Source: the human T2T-CHM13v2.0 reference genome, Homo sapiens
DNA length: 64,000 bases
Reading direction: 5' to 3' (one strand)
Assembly (NCBI RefSeq): GCF_009914755.1
Contig: NC_060934.1
Part shown: positions 25,188 to 60,169 of the stretch, one piece after another
Layout: each line of letters starts with the position of its first letter
Numbering within the stretch: position 1 is the stretch's first letter
Position numbers and translations under genes: made by a program
The notes under the pieces: generated by a model
Database searches by the model: none
What the model was told of the DNA's origin: nothing
Seen by the model: only the letters and a program-made list of their open reading frames with translations

Positions 25188-25845
25188 AAAAATTTTTTTG
25201 TTTAAAAATAATGTGAATGTGCTGGATAAAGAGTACAGGAACTTGTTTGACCCCCCCCCCCCCCCCCACCATTTGCTGGCTATTCTCCTCCCCCTCATAG
25301 AGCTCTCTTGGGGAGAAAAGGTGATGGAGGAAGGACAAATCCAGTAGAATGTCTGAGGTCTTAGTGGACCCCAACGTGAAATGATCTCTCAGGATTTCAG
25401 GGACTAGAAAAGCCTTTCATCCGTTTCCTTGCACAGAATGCTGCTTGGGGTTGAGGAATGGATGCATTGACCCCTTCAGGGCCCTGTCTGAGAGTCTGTG
25501 TCCCTGGAGGCTTGGGCGACTCATAAGGGACAGCATGTGAGAAAGTGCCCACCAATCCCAAGCTCCAGACCTTGGCTTTCTCACCCCCTATCCTGGCTTG
25601 GGAGGTTGGGGAGCAGTGAGTGCAGGTGACACAGGCTGCCCACTAGCACCTTGTCCTTGGACACTAAGGCAGAGCCTTAATGACAGCTGAGGAGGGAAGA
25701 AAGTGGAAAGATGTGAGCCACCAGTGTGGCACTGGGAGGAGGCAGGGTGGGCAGGAGCTGGAGAGTCCTGAAGAAGTTGGTAGGAGAGGTCCTGGGGATA
25801 ACGGGATGCTGGAGTCAGTGGGTGAATCTGAGGTTAGGGGGAGGG

Positions 25846-47664
<21,819 letters not shown>

Positions 47665-48439
47665 CTAGCTCTGGAGAGGCCAGCCCTGCGTGCTTCGAGC
47701 TCCATGAGCCTCTGTGCGGGGCTGGGGTCTCAGTAACGTGAAGGCCCTCGCTTGCGATGCCTCTCAGAAGTGTGAGCTCCAGGCCTGGGCAGGGAGAGCA
47801 GGGATGAGGGAGGGGTGTAAATGTTTCCCCTGCTGCCCCCTAAAACTTCCACCCCTCCCCCTGGTTTAAGCATCCTGCCCTCCCATGCCTTAGGCCCCCC
47901 TCCTGTCTCACCCTAGGCCAGAGAACTGCCCCGTCCAGGCACCATCTTGGACTCTCGCTGACTTTATACAAGGCAGGTGGGAACCTTTCACCCCTCATTC
48001 CTGCTCGGGGCTGAGTCATCTACTCCCGTCCCCAGTCCTCAGTAGAGGTTGAGAGTGGAGTTGGGATTACTGCGGGCCCTGGGGCTTAGAGAGGTGTGAG
48101 ACAAAAGAGAGGTCAGGACAGCTCATGGCATCACCTCTCTCATGCATATGCGGGCATGGAGGTGGCCCGGGGTGGGGCGGGGGCTGCGTGGGGCGGGCTG
48201 GGCCTCGAGGATAGGGCTTCAGGACCTTAGACAGCTGAGGCCCAGGAAGACCCCCAGACACCCGCGGGCTCCAGGCTGCGGCTCCGGGTCTAAAGAGGCT
48301 GCATGAACCTCTCCCAAGCTTTGGGGAGGATCTGCTGGAGAGGGGTCCCACGACATCCCGCGCAAAACCCAGGGCCAGTTCCCTCAGAGAAGCTCTGGGA
48401 CCTAGAATGAAGCACCCCAACATCAACTCGGCCCTCCAG

Positions 48440-48940
48440 GCCCCCCACCCCTTTGTGCCTGGTCGGCCTCACCTGGTCGCTGGTGTGGCGCCGCCAGCCT
48501 TGTCAAACCACCCGCAGGCGAGAGCTACTGCCGCAGCCGGCAAACCCCACCCACGCTGCGCGGAGGCTGCGGGAATTGGGCTGGCCTGCACCGCCCCGGG
48601 CTCCCATTGGCTGGTAGGGCCGCCAGTCATTCTATTCCGGCACCTCCCTTAGGCGCCAGGGACAGCCGAGCGTTACCTGGTCCCGGGCAGCGGAGTTCTT
48701 TACCCACCCCAGTTCTGGTTCTGACGCCCTAGCTCATTCCGCAAATTTAGGGCTTGGGTCTGGCTTGTTCCCCTCCGGCTCGAACCACCTCTTCTCTGAG
48801 CCGAGCCAGCTACCGGGGCTCCTGGAATTGCCACCCCTCCCTGGGCACCCTTGAGGCCTCCGTGGAGGGACGTCACGGGGCAGAGCGGGACGTGAGCCTG
48901 AGTTTGCTGCAGGCGTGCTCTGTGTGGTGGCTGGGTGAGT
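48440..48940. promoter_or_regulatory. Bidirectional promoter PDZD7/SFXN3 with non-coding first exons (PDZD7 donor at 48473/48472 minus; SFXN3 donor TGG|GTGAGT at 48934/48935)
   Basis: CpG-rich, ATTGG (NF-Y) boxes ~48575 and ~48606, divergent splice donors. Confidence 0.75.
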
Positions 48941-49874
48941 TGTGAGTATGTGCGTGGCGGAGGGGGTGCCTTCTTCACTTGCATCCTCCTCCTCTTGTCA
49001 GAAGGCGTCTCTGGCTACCCAGTTCTGGAATGGTCGCAGGGTGGGGCAGCTGGTCCCAGGACCGGAAGAATCCTAAGAATCCTTCTGATGCACTTGCTCG
49101 GATGCAGACCGCGAGGTTCCTGGGGTCGTCTGCCCCTCCACATCTCAGGGGTGGGGCTACGGTCTGGGGTGCAGGGCTAGGGGTTGGGAGCGTAAGGAGA
49201 CCAGGGACACAGTGGAGCTAGGGGTTACAGAGGGGGAGCAGGGAGAGGGCTGGGGACATAGAAGAGGCACAGGCACGACAGGAACGGGGCTGTGAAGTGA
49301 TGCGAATGCCGCGCTGCTACAAGAGGAGCTTGTGGATACTGGGGTAGGAGCCCAGGGGGACAAGCAAGCCAAAGGCCATTGCCAAGGCAGCCATCAAGTA
49401 AACAAGCCAGGCGGTAACCCGAGTCCCTCCCGGCGCGCCAGCAGAGGACCGCCCCTCCACACCGCCCACCTGCGCCCGGGGCTTTCTCTCTGGGCACCTA
49501 GACCGCTTGCTGCAGGGCTGGGGGTCTGCTGAGGCCCGCCAGGGGGCTGTAAACCAAGGGAGCAGCGCCCGCGGCTCCAGCCCCTCCTCCCTTTGGCTGG
49601 GGAGGGGGCCAGAACTGATCCCCGAGGTGGGATTGGCTCTGGGAAGCAGCTTAGGGCCTGGTCCAGGTGGCCCAGGCTGGGGGCATCGCCTCGAATGACA
49701 CCCACCGCCCTCAGGTTCTGCCAATCCCCGTGCCCACCGGGTGGGCGCGGCCGGGAAGCTCCTGCCCCTCCCTGCTGGTCGGCGTCACGCGTGACGTCCC
49801 GCGTGATGGCTGGGAGGGCCCGGCGGCGACAGCGGAGGCAGAGAGGAAGGCGGTTCTGAGAGCTTCAGAGAGCG

Positions 49875-52800
49875 ATGGAAAGCGTAAGTGCTCGCTCTCC
49901 CCGGCGGGCGGGGTTCTGGAATGGGGGTCAGAGAAGGAAGCCTGCCTTGAAACTGTCTGTCCTGGTGCAGTCAATGTCCTCGGCTCTGTGGAGGTCCAAG
50001 TCCACAGGGCACAAGGGAGGTTGGGGGGAGGAATGTCAGGGTGGGGCTGTGTGTAGTCACACATTCAAGTGTCTGCAGATGGGCACAGTGTGCGCCTGTA
50101 AAGGTGTTTGAAGGCCGGTGTATACAGGACACCTCCACTCTGTCTGTATGTCTGGGCAGGGTGTGCATGATAGTGTCTTTGTGTGTGGGTATGTGAGTGT
50201 GAGGGGAGGGCGTCTCTGCCTCTGCGGGAGGAAGTGTGGCTGGAGAGGATTAGTCATTCTGTAGGATTCTGCCCAACTCAGCCAGATGGCTGCACCAGGC
50301 TTTCCTCTCTGTGCTGGGTGGAGGGAGCAGCCACTGAATCCTGCTCTTATCCGGAGGCAAGTGGCCCAGAGAGAGGTGGATGAGTGTCTGTGCCAGCCCT
50401 GCCTGGCCAGGGACCAGGGAGAGCCTGGGGTCATTCAGTGTGAGTTGGAGAAAAATGGGTCTGTAGAGAGGACTTGTGCGTGCCCACATGCACACACATG
50501 GCTGACATCAGAGTCCCCTGATTGAGATCTGGAACAGATAAGCCCTGGGTGGCCAGTAAGGCCTTGCTCTCCTCCAATCAGGGACTGGAGTGTGGGATGT
50601 CTTGTGCCATTTTCCAAAACAGCCTTGGGGGTTTGTATCCAGGTCTCAGTGCAGCTGGGGCCTAAAGCTCACCTGAGCATGGGTGTGTAATATATATATT
50701 ATATATTCTTGTGCATCTGTAGCACACGTGGCTGGGATGTTTGTTGCTGCTTATGTGTCAACCACATATATGTAAATCCTCACTCATGAAAATCTGTACC
50801 AGGATAGAGCACAAGGAGATCTGTTTTCCTGTTTCTGGTCTTCCCTTCCCCCTCCTCCAGTGGCTGCAGGTCCCTGGGCTGGGACATTGCCCAGGAAACA
50901 GCTCCTCCCCACACCCTTGCTTACCTACCTAGTTGAAGGGGTGGCCTGCCCCTCCACACCTGTGGGTATTTCTAGTAGGGTGGGACAAGAGACTGAGAAA
51001 AGAAATAAGACACAGAGACAAAGTATAGAGAAACAACAGTGGGCCCAGGGGACCGGCGTTCAGCATACCAAGGATCTGCACCGGCACCGGTCTCTGAGTT
51101 CCCTCAGTTTTTATTGATTATTATTTTCATTATTTCAGCAAAAAGGAATGTAGTAGTAGAGCAGGTTGATAATAAGGAGAAGGTCAGCAAAAAACATGTG
51201 AGCAAAAGAATCTATGTCATAATTAGGTTCAAGGGAAGGTACTATGCCTAGATGTGCATGTAAGCCAGATTTATGTTTCTCTCCACCCAAACATCTCAGC
51301 GGAGTAAAGAATAACAAGGCAGCATTACTGCAAACATATCTCACCTCCCACCATAGGGCGGTTTTTCTCCTATCTCAGAATTGAACAAATGTGCAATCGC
51401 GTTTTATATGGAGACATTCAGTTCCCAGGGGCAAGCAGGAGACAGTGGCCTTCCTCTATCTCAACTGCAAGAGGCTTTCCTCTTTTACTAATCCACCTCA
51501 GCACAGACCCTTTATGGGTGTCAAGCTGGGGGACGGTCAGGTCTTTCTCATCCCACGAGGCCATATTTCAGACTATGCATGGGAAGAAACCTTGGACGAT
51601 ACCCCGCTTTCAAGGGCAGAAGTCCCTGTGGCTTTCCGCAGTTAATTGTGCCCCTGGTTTATTGAGACTAGAGAATGGCAATGACTTTTACCAAGTATAC
51701 TGCTTGTAAACATTTTGTTAACAAGGCACGTCCTGCACATCCCTAGATCCCTTAAACCTTGATTTTATACAACACATGTTTTTGTGAGCTCCAGATTGGG
51801 TCAAAGTGCTGGGGCAAAGTGGCTGGGGCAAAGCTACAAATTAACAACATCTCAGCAAAGCAATTGTTTAAAGTACAGGTCTTTTTCAAAATGGAGTCTC
51901 TTATGTCTTTCCTTTCTACATAGACACAGTAACAGTCTGATCTCTCTTTCTTTTCCCTACATCTAGTCACCTTGAGCTCTTGAAGGGACTGATGATAAGC
52001 TCAGGGGCCAGGGCAGGGGCACCAAAGATTTCCCCTAGCTGGAGCCCTTGGACCCTTGGACTCCCGCTCTGACCCTTATCTCTGTCCTGCAGAAAATGGG
52101 TGAATTGCCTTTAGACATCAACATCCAGGAACCTCGCTGGGACCAAAGTACTTTCCTGGGCAGAGCCCGGCACTTTTTCACTGTTACTGATCCTCGAAAT
52201 CTGCTGCTGTCCGGGGCACAGCTGGAAGCTTCTCGGAACATCGTGCAGAACTACAGGTGACCACCCCTCAATCTGACCCTGTGTGCCAGGATCTCATTTT
52301 CTGTGATTAATATAATATGTTTTGTACCTGCCTCCTCAAGCTTGACAGTGACCCTGTCCCTCAATCCCCTCACTCTCTAGCCCCGTCTGTTGGCATCACA
52401 GAGCTTTAACCCAAAGGATTTTAGGGCATTTGGGTTGAGAAGATGGCATTGATATTTATGGGAGGGGCTGCTCTATGCATCACAAACCTCTACAGGGATC
52501 TATCCCATTGCGGGGTCACCCTCTGCAAGGATAGAGGTGCTCAAAGTGGAGTCCCAGGAAGATAGGAGGGAAATCCCCTTATCTTTGGGAGGAAAAACTC
52601 TTGCAATGCTTGCAGCCATTTTTGACCCACTGGAAACCACCATCATCCCTGACCCAGCATTTTGGCAGAAACAGAAGGGTACCCCTCTTTGTGTGGCTAT
52701 AAGGGAAATAGAAATAGGAGCCTCCACTTCTGGGAAACTTTGGCCCTCTCCCAAAGATAAGGAGCTTCCTTATGCTGAGACTGGGGGCTGAAGTTCCTGG

Positions 52801-55800
52801 TTCTCTGTCCAGAGTTACCCTGAGCTGGGCAGGTGGGGCCTGTGAGGGCAGATCTGCCCCCTGGCATAGCCTGTCTGCTCCTTGCCAACTTCTGCAGGGC
52901 CGGCGTGGTGACCCCAGGGATCACCGAGGACCAGCTGTGGAGGGCCAAGTATGTGTATGACTCCGCCTTCCATCCGGACACAGGGGAGAAGGTGGTCCTG
53001 ATTGGCCGCATGTCAGCCCAGGTGCCCATGAACATGACCATCACTGGCTGCATGCTCACATTCTACAGGCAGGTCTTGTCCCACGTCCCCTTCTTCAGTG
53101 CCCTAAGCTAGAGCATAGCTTGACTAGGTGCGCTTCTTGTCTGGGCCAACTGGGTGAGTGAAAGATTGTGTCAGAATCGCTTCCATTCCTCAGAATTCAG
53201 CCTCAGGAGGTCTCTCACCCCAGAGACAGTAGGTGTGTTTGTATAAATGGGGGTGGGGGTACATAGGGGTTACCAGAACAGGTTCTAGGGCCATTAACTG
53301 GGTCCCTTCTTAGGCTTGGGGAATAACCTTTGGTTTCATTACAGGGGTCTAAAGATGAGGGCCACTGTAGACGGGGCAGAAGTGAGTGTCTTTGTTCCCT
53401 CAGGAAGACCCCAACCGTGGTGTTCTGGCAGTGGGTGAATCAGTCCTTCAATGCCATTGTTAACTACTCCAACCGCAGTGGTGACACTCCCATCACTGTG
53501 AGGTGAGAGCCAGCCCCCAGCAGCAGCTGCACTGTCCCATCTGACCCTCTCCTCCCAGCCTGCAGTGCCCTCTCCTTTCTCTCCGGTTCCCTGTGGACCA
53601 TGCAGCCAGTGCTCAGCGCCCTCTCCTCAGCCTGCCCCACCCCGAATTACCCTGCCTAACTGAAGGCATGAGGTCCTCTTATGTATGCTGTGGGGGACCC
53701 ACCCCTCTTCACAGGGTGCTACTGGGGCTTCTAGACAAGTTTACGCCGGAGATGGAGGGAAGGCTTCTTCTGCAAGGAGCTTCCCCTTTTATGCCTCATG
53801 TATTGAGGACTTGGCATATCCCTAAAGGAAAGGGCCACCTGCTGGACTTGTCACCTCTCCCCGTGACCTGGCTTTTCCACCCACAGGCAGCTGGGGACAG
53901 CCTATGTGAGTGCCACCACTGGAGCTGTGGCCACGGCCCTGGGACTCAAATCCCTCACCAAGGTAAAGGCCCCTCACTCCCCTGACCACCCCATTCATCC
54001 TCTATCTGCCTCCTTCTTCCTCATCACACCTCCAGTTCTGACCTATATGCCCCCTATATCTCCCCAGAGTCCCTCACCACCCCATGGCCCTTAGGGCCAC
54101 TGAACAACACCCTTCCTCCCCAGCACCTGCCCCCCTTGGTCGGCAGATTTGTGCCCTTTGCAGCAGTGGCAGCTGCCAACTGCATCAACATCCCCCTGAT
54201 GAGGCAGAGGTGAGTGACCCCGGCTCCTGGCATGTGCATGCCCAGAATGTAGCACACTGTCCATCCACGCAGACCACCTCAGAATGGGGACATCCCTCTC
54301 CCTCCCCAGACATGAGCTGCTGGGCCCTGGCTCAGTCTGACCCTGGGATCCTCAGGTGGGAGAACCAGCCTTTGAGCCTGGGGTGTGTGAGGGGACCCTG
54401 AGGAGCCGCTGCTCATTCGGGCATTGCAGGTGGGATCCGGGGCCTGTGATCTGACCCCAACCCCCCTCCCTTGCAGAGAGCTGCAGGTGGGCATCCCGGT
54501 GGCTGATGAGGCAGGTCAGAGGCTTGGCTACTCGGTGACTGCAGCCAAGCAGGGAATCTTCCAGGTGGTGATTTCAAGAATCTGCATGGCGATTCCTGCC
54601 ATGGGTAAGGCGGGAGTGGCTGGGTGGGGCATAGGAGACTCTGAGAGAAGCAGGTGCAGTTCTCAGGGACTTTGGAGGACTCTGGGGAGAGAGGGAGGAG
54701 CTTTGAGGGGGGTCACCCTTCACAGTTCCTGACTTTAACTCCACTACTAATGTTCTCCTTCTTGGCCCTGCTCTCCCCACAGCCATCCCACCACTGATCA
54801 TGGACACTCTGGAGAAGAAAGACTTCCTGAAGGTAGGCGACTGTACCTCTCTTGTCCTGGAATGGGCGATGGCTGGGAGAAGTGACCAGGCCCCAACTCT
54901 CTCTCCAGCCTCGCCTGATTCTCTAAGACTTGCCAGCCCTTCTCCTGACCCCTGCACCGCCTCCTCCACCTTCGTTCATTCAGCAAGAATGAACTGGGCT
55001 GGGGTGAAGGAACTCTGCAGGGGCAGGAGGAGAGGACAAAGGAAGGAAACCAACTTCATCAGTGTTACTCCAGTGGCTTCTGACACACAGAAGGGGACTG
55101 TCATAGTCATGCTTGATCTCATGCTCATTCTTTTACCCCCTAGTGCCTCCATACTGAGAGGTACACACGGGTGAACACGCACACACAGACATGAACAGGA
55201 CACGAAAGCAAAGCACAGGAACAAGCTCTGGCTCATTCACAGAATCATTTATTCACAAATGTATTGAGTGCCATGCACCAGGCATGTTTTAGGGCTGAGG
55301 AGATGGCACTGAACACAATGGTTATGGCCCCTGTCCTCATGAAGTTTATAGTCTGATGCAGAAACCAATAAACAAGGAGGCACCCAATAAATACATTCTT
55401 AGAAAGTGTAATATGTGCTTTGTAGGAAAGCAATGGGGGTAGTGTAATTGAGATTCATGGGGGAGAGCTGTTTAGATAGGATGATCAGAGAAGGGGTCTT
55501 TAATGCCGCAAAGGATGAGGAGAGAGCCAAATAACGCAGAGAAGAGTGTTTGGGGTACAGAAAACAGTCAGTGCAAGGGCACTGCAGTAGGAGGGGCTTG
55601 CACATTTGAGGAACAGGTTGGTGGTCCCTGTGGCCAGAGCAAATTGAGAAGAGTGCCGAGGAAGAGATGTGCTTGGAAAGGGTCAGATTCATGCCACTGG
55701 GATGGGAAGAGGTAAGTGGAGGTTCACAGGAGGTTTCCTGAAGAAATCAGCTCCTGGAGGAAGTGAGGGAAGAAAAAAAAGGGCCAGGGAGTGCCATGGC

Positions 55801-56986
55801 AACCAATTCTGAGAGGTGAGAGGTCATGGGATGCCGGGGAGGGTGATCAGCAGACAGGCCTGGCTGGAGTGGAAGGGCGTGATCTGGAGGTCCCAGCCCT
55901 GTCATTGCCTTGGGAGAAAGAAAACGGCCACAGGTCTAAGGGCTCCAAGGCAAGGCTGATGGGATAGAGCTATGGTGGGTGAAATGGGGTGACAGTGAGG
56001 CAGGGGACACAAGCCGTTCCATTGTCTTTCTGTCTCTCCACAGCGCCGCCCCTGGCTGGGGGCACCCCTGCAGGTGGGACTGGTGGGCTTCTGGTAAGTG
56101 TGCAAGGAGTTAGCTGGGGTGTGTGGGAGTGCCTTGTCCATGGTGGATGTGGGTGGGTATGGATTGTCTTTAAGATGTTTATAGACATCATCCATTCATA
56201 CATTCAGTGGGTGTGTGTTTGGAACAACTATAGGGTCTACTTTGTGTGTTACGGGGTGGTCCCTGTCCTTGAAGGTCAAGATCCTAGTGAGGGGGTTCCA
56301 GTCTTCATCTATAAGAGGAAACCATGGAAATGTACCTTTTGGTGCCATCCAGGAGATTCATGCCCATTTAATTCCTGATTCTGCCACTTACTGGTTGTGG
56401 GGCTCTCTTTCCTCAGAACCTGATGTCCAGGTTGGGTTTACTATTCCTAAAAGGTCCTTTCAGCTTTTATCAATCTCCACCCCTAGGGCCTATCTCCAAG
56501 GATGGGGTGGGGTGCAGGGAGGGAACACCCTAAGGCCAAAGCTTTACAAACCTTTCCAACACTTGTCTCCCCCAGCCTGGTATTTGCAACCCCCCTGTGC
56601 TGTGCCCTATTCCCCCAGAAGAGGTAAGTGCTGTCCCTGGGCTGGGTGGGGGACTCTGGATTGGACTCTGCATCTCTGGACCAGCTGACCTAGGGTCTTC
56701 CAGGGTGTTCAGGAGGAGGCCTGGCAGGCACTCCACTGATTCTGGGAGTGGGGGAATGACAGTGAGCCAGTCCTTCTGGCAGTAGAAGGAGAGGATTTTT
56801 CAGCCTGGGAGGAGGTGGGATGGCAATCCCTGGGCCTGAGTGGGGTTGGATTCAGGGGACGTTAACTGGCCTGTGCTGTTCTATTGCAGCTCCATACACA
56901 TAAGCAACCTGGAACCAGAGCTGAGAGCTCAGATCCATGAGCAAAACCCCAGCGTTGAAGTGGTCTACTACAACAAGGGGCTTTGA
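49875..56986 (+). CDS. SFXN3: Sideroflexin-3 (mitochondrial inner-membrane carrier), 325 aa (321 from the second ATG at 52096); exons 49875-49883, 52093-52256, 52898-53068, 53404-53502, 53887-53962, 54124-54209, 54477-54604, 54783-54832, 56044-56093, 56576-56623, 56890-56986
   Basis: Sideroflexin motifs [52 protein letters not shown]. 978 nt in frame; requires a GC donor at 53069. Confidence 0.96.
50934..51961 (-). mobile_element. Solo LTR of HERV-K(HML-2), LTR5A/B-type, in an SFXN3 intron
   Basis: Minus strand reads TGTAGGGAAAAGAAAGAGAGATCAGACTGTTACTGTGTC...CCCCTTCA (TG...CA termini, 1028 bp). TATAAAA 51402-51408, AATAAA 51110-51115; 6-bp TSD cctagt/tctagt. Confidence 0.9.
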
Positions 56987-57987
56987 GGAGGGTCAGCCTC
57001 TGTCCCCTCCCTCACTTCCTTGGGCTGCTGCTTTAGTGGAGTCATGTCACCCCTACCACTTGGCTATCTGCCTAGCACTGGGCAGGGGCCTTGGTGGGCA
57101 GATGGCAATTGAGGGTAGCAACCTATTAGGGTGGGGGAGGGACCTCCATAAGGCTTTTCCTCCCTTCTCTGGTTTCAAAGATCAGAGCACATAACCCCTC
57201 CTGTGCTTGAGTGTCCATGCATATACATACATGATACACATGTGTATGTGTACATTGGGTCCTGAAAGCTAGAAGCAGGCATGCTAGCCTAGTATGTTCT
57301 GACATCTGGCTTCCCTTCTCAGCCTCATGTCCACCTGCCTGCCAGCCAGGCTACAGGTGTGACTTCCTTCTCTAAACTGTTACACCAGCCAAGTTATTTT
57401 TGATGGCACCTCATCCCTTCTAGAAATAGGAGGAGCCCCAGGATCTCAGGACAGAGACTTATAGACACTAGTAGGACAAAGCGGGCTGAATCCTTCAGGT
57501 TTCTGATACCTAGCTCCCCAAGCTGACTGGGCTGGCAGAGGAGAACATGTTGAGACAAGGGAGGCAGGGGACTTATGCATCCCTCAGTGCCATCCCTTGT
57601 ATCCTGGAATAGCTCCATTTCCCCTCCTCCTCTCTACCAGACAAAGGAGTGCCTGTGTCCTGTACTGCCCTCGCTGTCTCCCCCACCACCCTACTTGACA
57701 GCGTGGGCATCTTCAGGCACAGCCTTGGGAGTTCCTGGTGTGCTCTGACATCATGACCTCAAATCTAAATCCTCCAATCCCAACTCCCTTTCCCAAACAA
57801 AAAGCCACAGAGGCAGAGCAAGCATTCCCCTTTAAGAGCTTCCACTGCACCCCCTCCCAAGGGACACAGCGGTAGGAATGGTGCTTAAACTCCACAGGTA
57901 TCAGAGAGGGTGTAACTAGGACATCCTCAAGGGCAGCTAGGCCCCGAATGTACAATGTTAAGACAGGGAATTTTGTGTTCCATTGAC

Positions 57988-58326
<339 letters not shown>

Positions 58327-58621
58327 TAACCTCTTTTCTTTCTTGAGGGTTGGTCCTGTCCCCACCTCCACCCTCCCACCCCCTGGAAGAGGAAGGGCCC
58401 GGGCATCAGTGGCTAGTCCAAATAAAATATGGGCTTGGGGATGGAATGGGTGGTGGTAAGTTCACAGAGTGTAGTTAGATCCCAACTCCCATGACCTCTG
58501 GCTTCAGTGGTGGGTGGGGCAGGGCAGATGAAAGGGCTTCAGTGGGAACCTCTGAGAGCATTTTCCTGTTCCCCCTATCAACCGCCCCCAGTGATAACAT
58601 CTGTGAAGCCAGCCATTACTC

Positions 58622-58627
58622 AATAAA
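58622..58627 (+). terminator. SFXN3: SFXN3 polyadenylation signal AATAAA (second candidate at 58421-58426)
   Basis: AATAAA followed by T-rich downstream sequence. Confidence 0.65.
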
Positions 58628-58871
58628 CTGCAAACTTGTCTACTTCTTGGTCTTCACTTGATTCCACGTCCTGAGGGCCCAGAAAGAGTCCCCTGCTTGC
58701 AGCCTTCCGTCTCTCCCTGGACTCTCCCCAAGTCCAGGTCTTGTCTCATTCCTCCCCCTGTGTAGGGAGCCTCATGCCCCAGCAGAGGGAGCTCTGAGAT
58801 TAGAAAATCAGTCCTCCCTCTGGCACCCCCAAGTATGTACTAAGACAGAGGGCGAATGTAGATGCTTTCAC

Positions 58872-59220
58872 CTTTTTTTTTTTCCTTTTCTTTTCTTTCT
58901 TTCTGTTTTTTTTTTTTTTTTTTTTTTTTTGCGACAGGGTTTCACTCTATCACCCAGGCTGGAGTGCAGTGGCACCATCATGGATCACAGCTCACTGCAG
59001 CCTCAACCTCACCAGTTCAATTGATCCGCCTGCCTCAGCCTACCAAGTAGCTGAGACTACAGGCACGTGCCACCACACCCAGCTAATCTTCTGTATTTTT
59101 TTATAGAGATGGTTTTTGCCAAGTTGCCCAGGCTGGTCTCCAATTCCTGGGCTCAAGCCATCCACCTGCCTTGGCCTCCCAAAGTGCTGGGATTACAGGC
59201 GTGAGCCACCGTGCCCGGCC
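58872..59220 (-). mobile_element. Alu
   Basis: Antisense Alu with long T tract. Confidence 0.9.
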
Positions 59221-59322
59221 TAGATAACCAGTTTTAATTTCATCCTGTCCTGTCAATCACCAAGCCCACTGGAATCCTTAGTCAACTCTTAAAGCTCTTT
59301 CTGCAGTTACACTTTTGGCCTT

Positions 59323-59490
59323 TGGCAATCCCCTTGAAAAGAGGCCTTGTATTGCCAAAAACTGCAATCACTTTTGCACCAACCTAATACTTTTACTGGA
59401 AAATCTATGTAACATAACCCCATGTGGGGAGTGAGGTACAGAAATCTCTGCAAAACAAAACCCTTAAGAACATTTTATAACAGAATTATC
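59323..59490 (+). repeat. 168-bp direct repeat, copy 1 (contains Hsmar1/MADE1 TIR 59357-59387)
   Basis: 163/168 identical to 61466-61633 by manual alignment. Confidence 0.92.
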
Positions 59491-60169
59491 TGTGCTCCAC
59501 AGGTATCACTAAACCATGTCAGAGAAAAGATTGGCCAGGGCACTAGTGGGCTTCTCTGTCATCTTTCCTTCCTAATTCCACACCAGTTTCTCAAACACGT
59601 CAAAAGAGTTAGCTATAGGGCACATCACAGGCTCTCTAGGGACAAACCTTAGCCAATCATACCTTCCAAACTGCCTCCTTATACTTGGAAATTTCCTCAG
59701 AAGTCAGCATTTGGGCTGACGCAGCACGTTTTTCACTAGAAAGTGCTCTGCCCCATTCTTGGGTGGGCCTCCTGTCTTCCTCCCAGACCTCAGACTTTAG
59801 GAACTTTCTCTGGAAGCCTGAATTGGTGTCTTTGACCTTCCCTCCCATCTTCTTCCCCTTGCCTGGCCTCATTTGCTCCAGAGCCCCCATCCTGCCTATT
59901 ATGAAGACCCGAAAGACCACAACCTTCCCTCTCTCCCTGCCCATGTTTTAAGTTTAGCCTGGCCATAGGGAGGTGGTCAAGTAGGGATATTCTGCTCCTT
60001 TCCAGGATCACCGGAACCAATGACACCTGCTTCCTAAGGACAGGTAATCAGGACCAGCTTCAACTCTGGCACTGTGGGGCTATGCCAGACTCTGGCCTAG
60101 TCCTGCTGGGTCTGATGCCCTACAGGTCAGAGCCAAGCCCCATTTCCTCCCAGTGAAGCCTGTCCATTT

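Noticed and set aside
51389-51970. ORFs inside the LTR
   Set aside because: Solo LTR with no gag/pol/env sequence; incidental frames.
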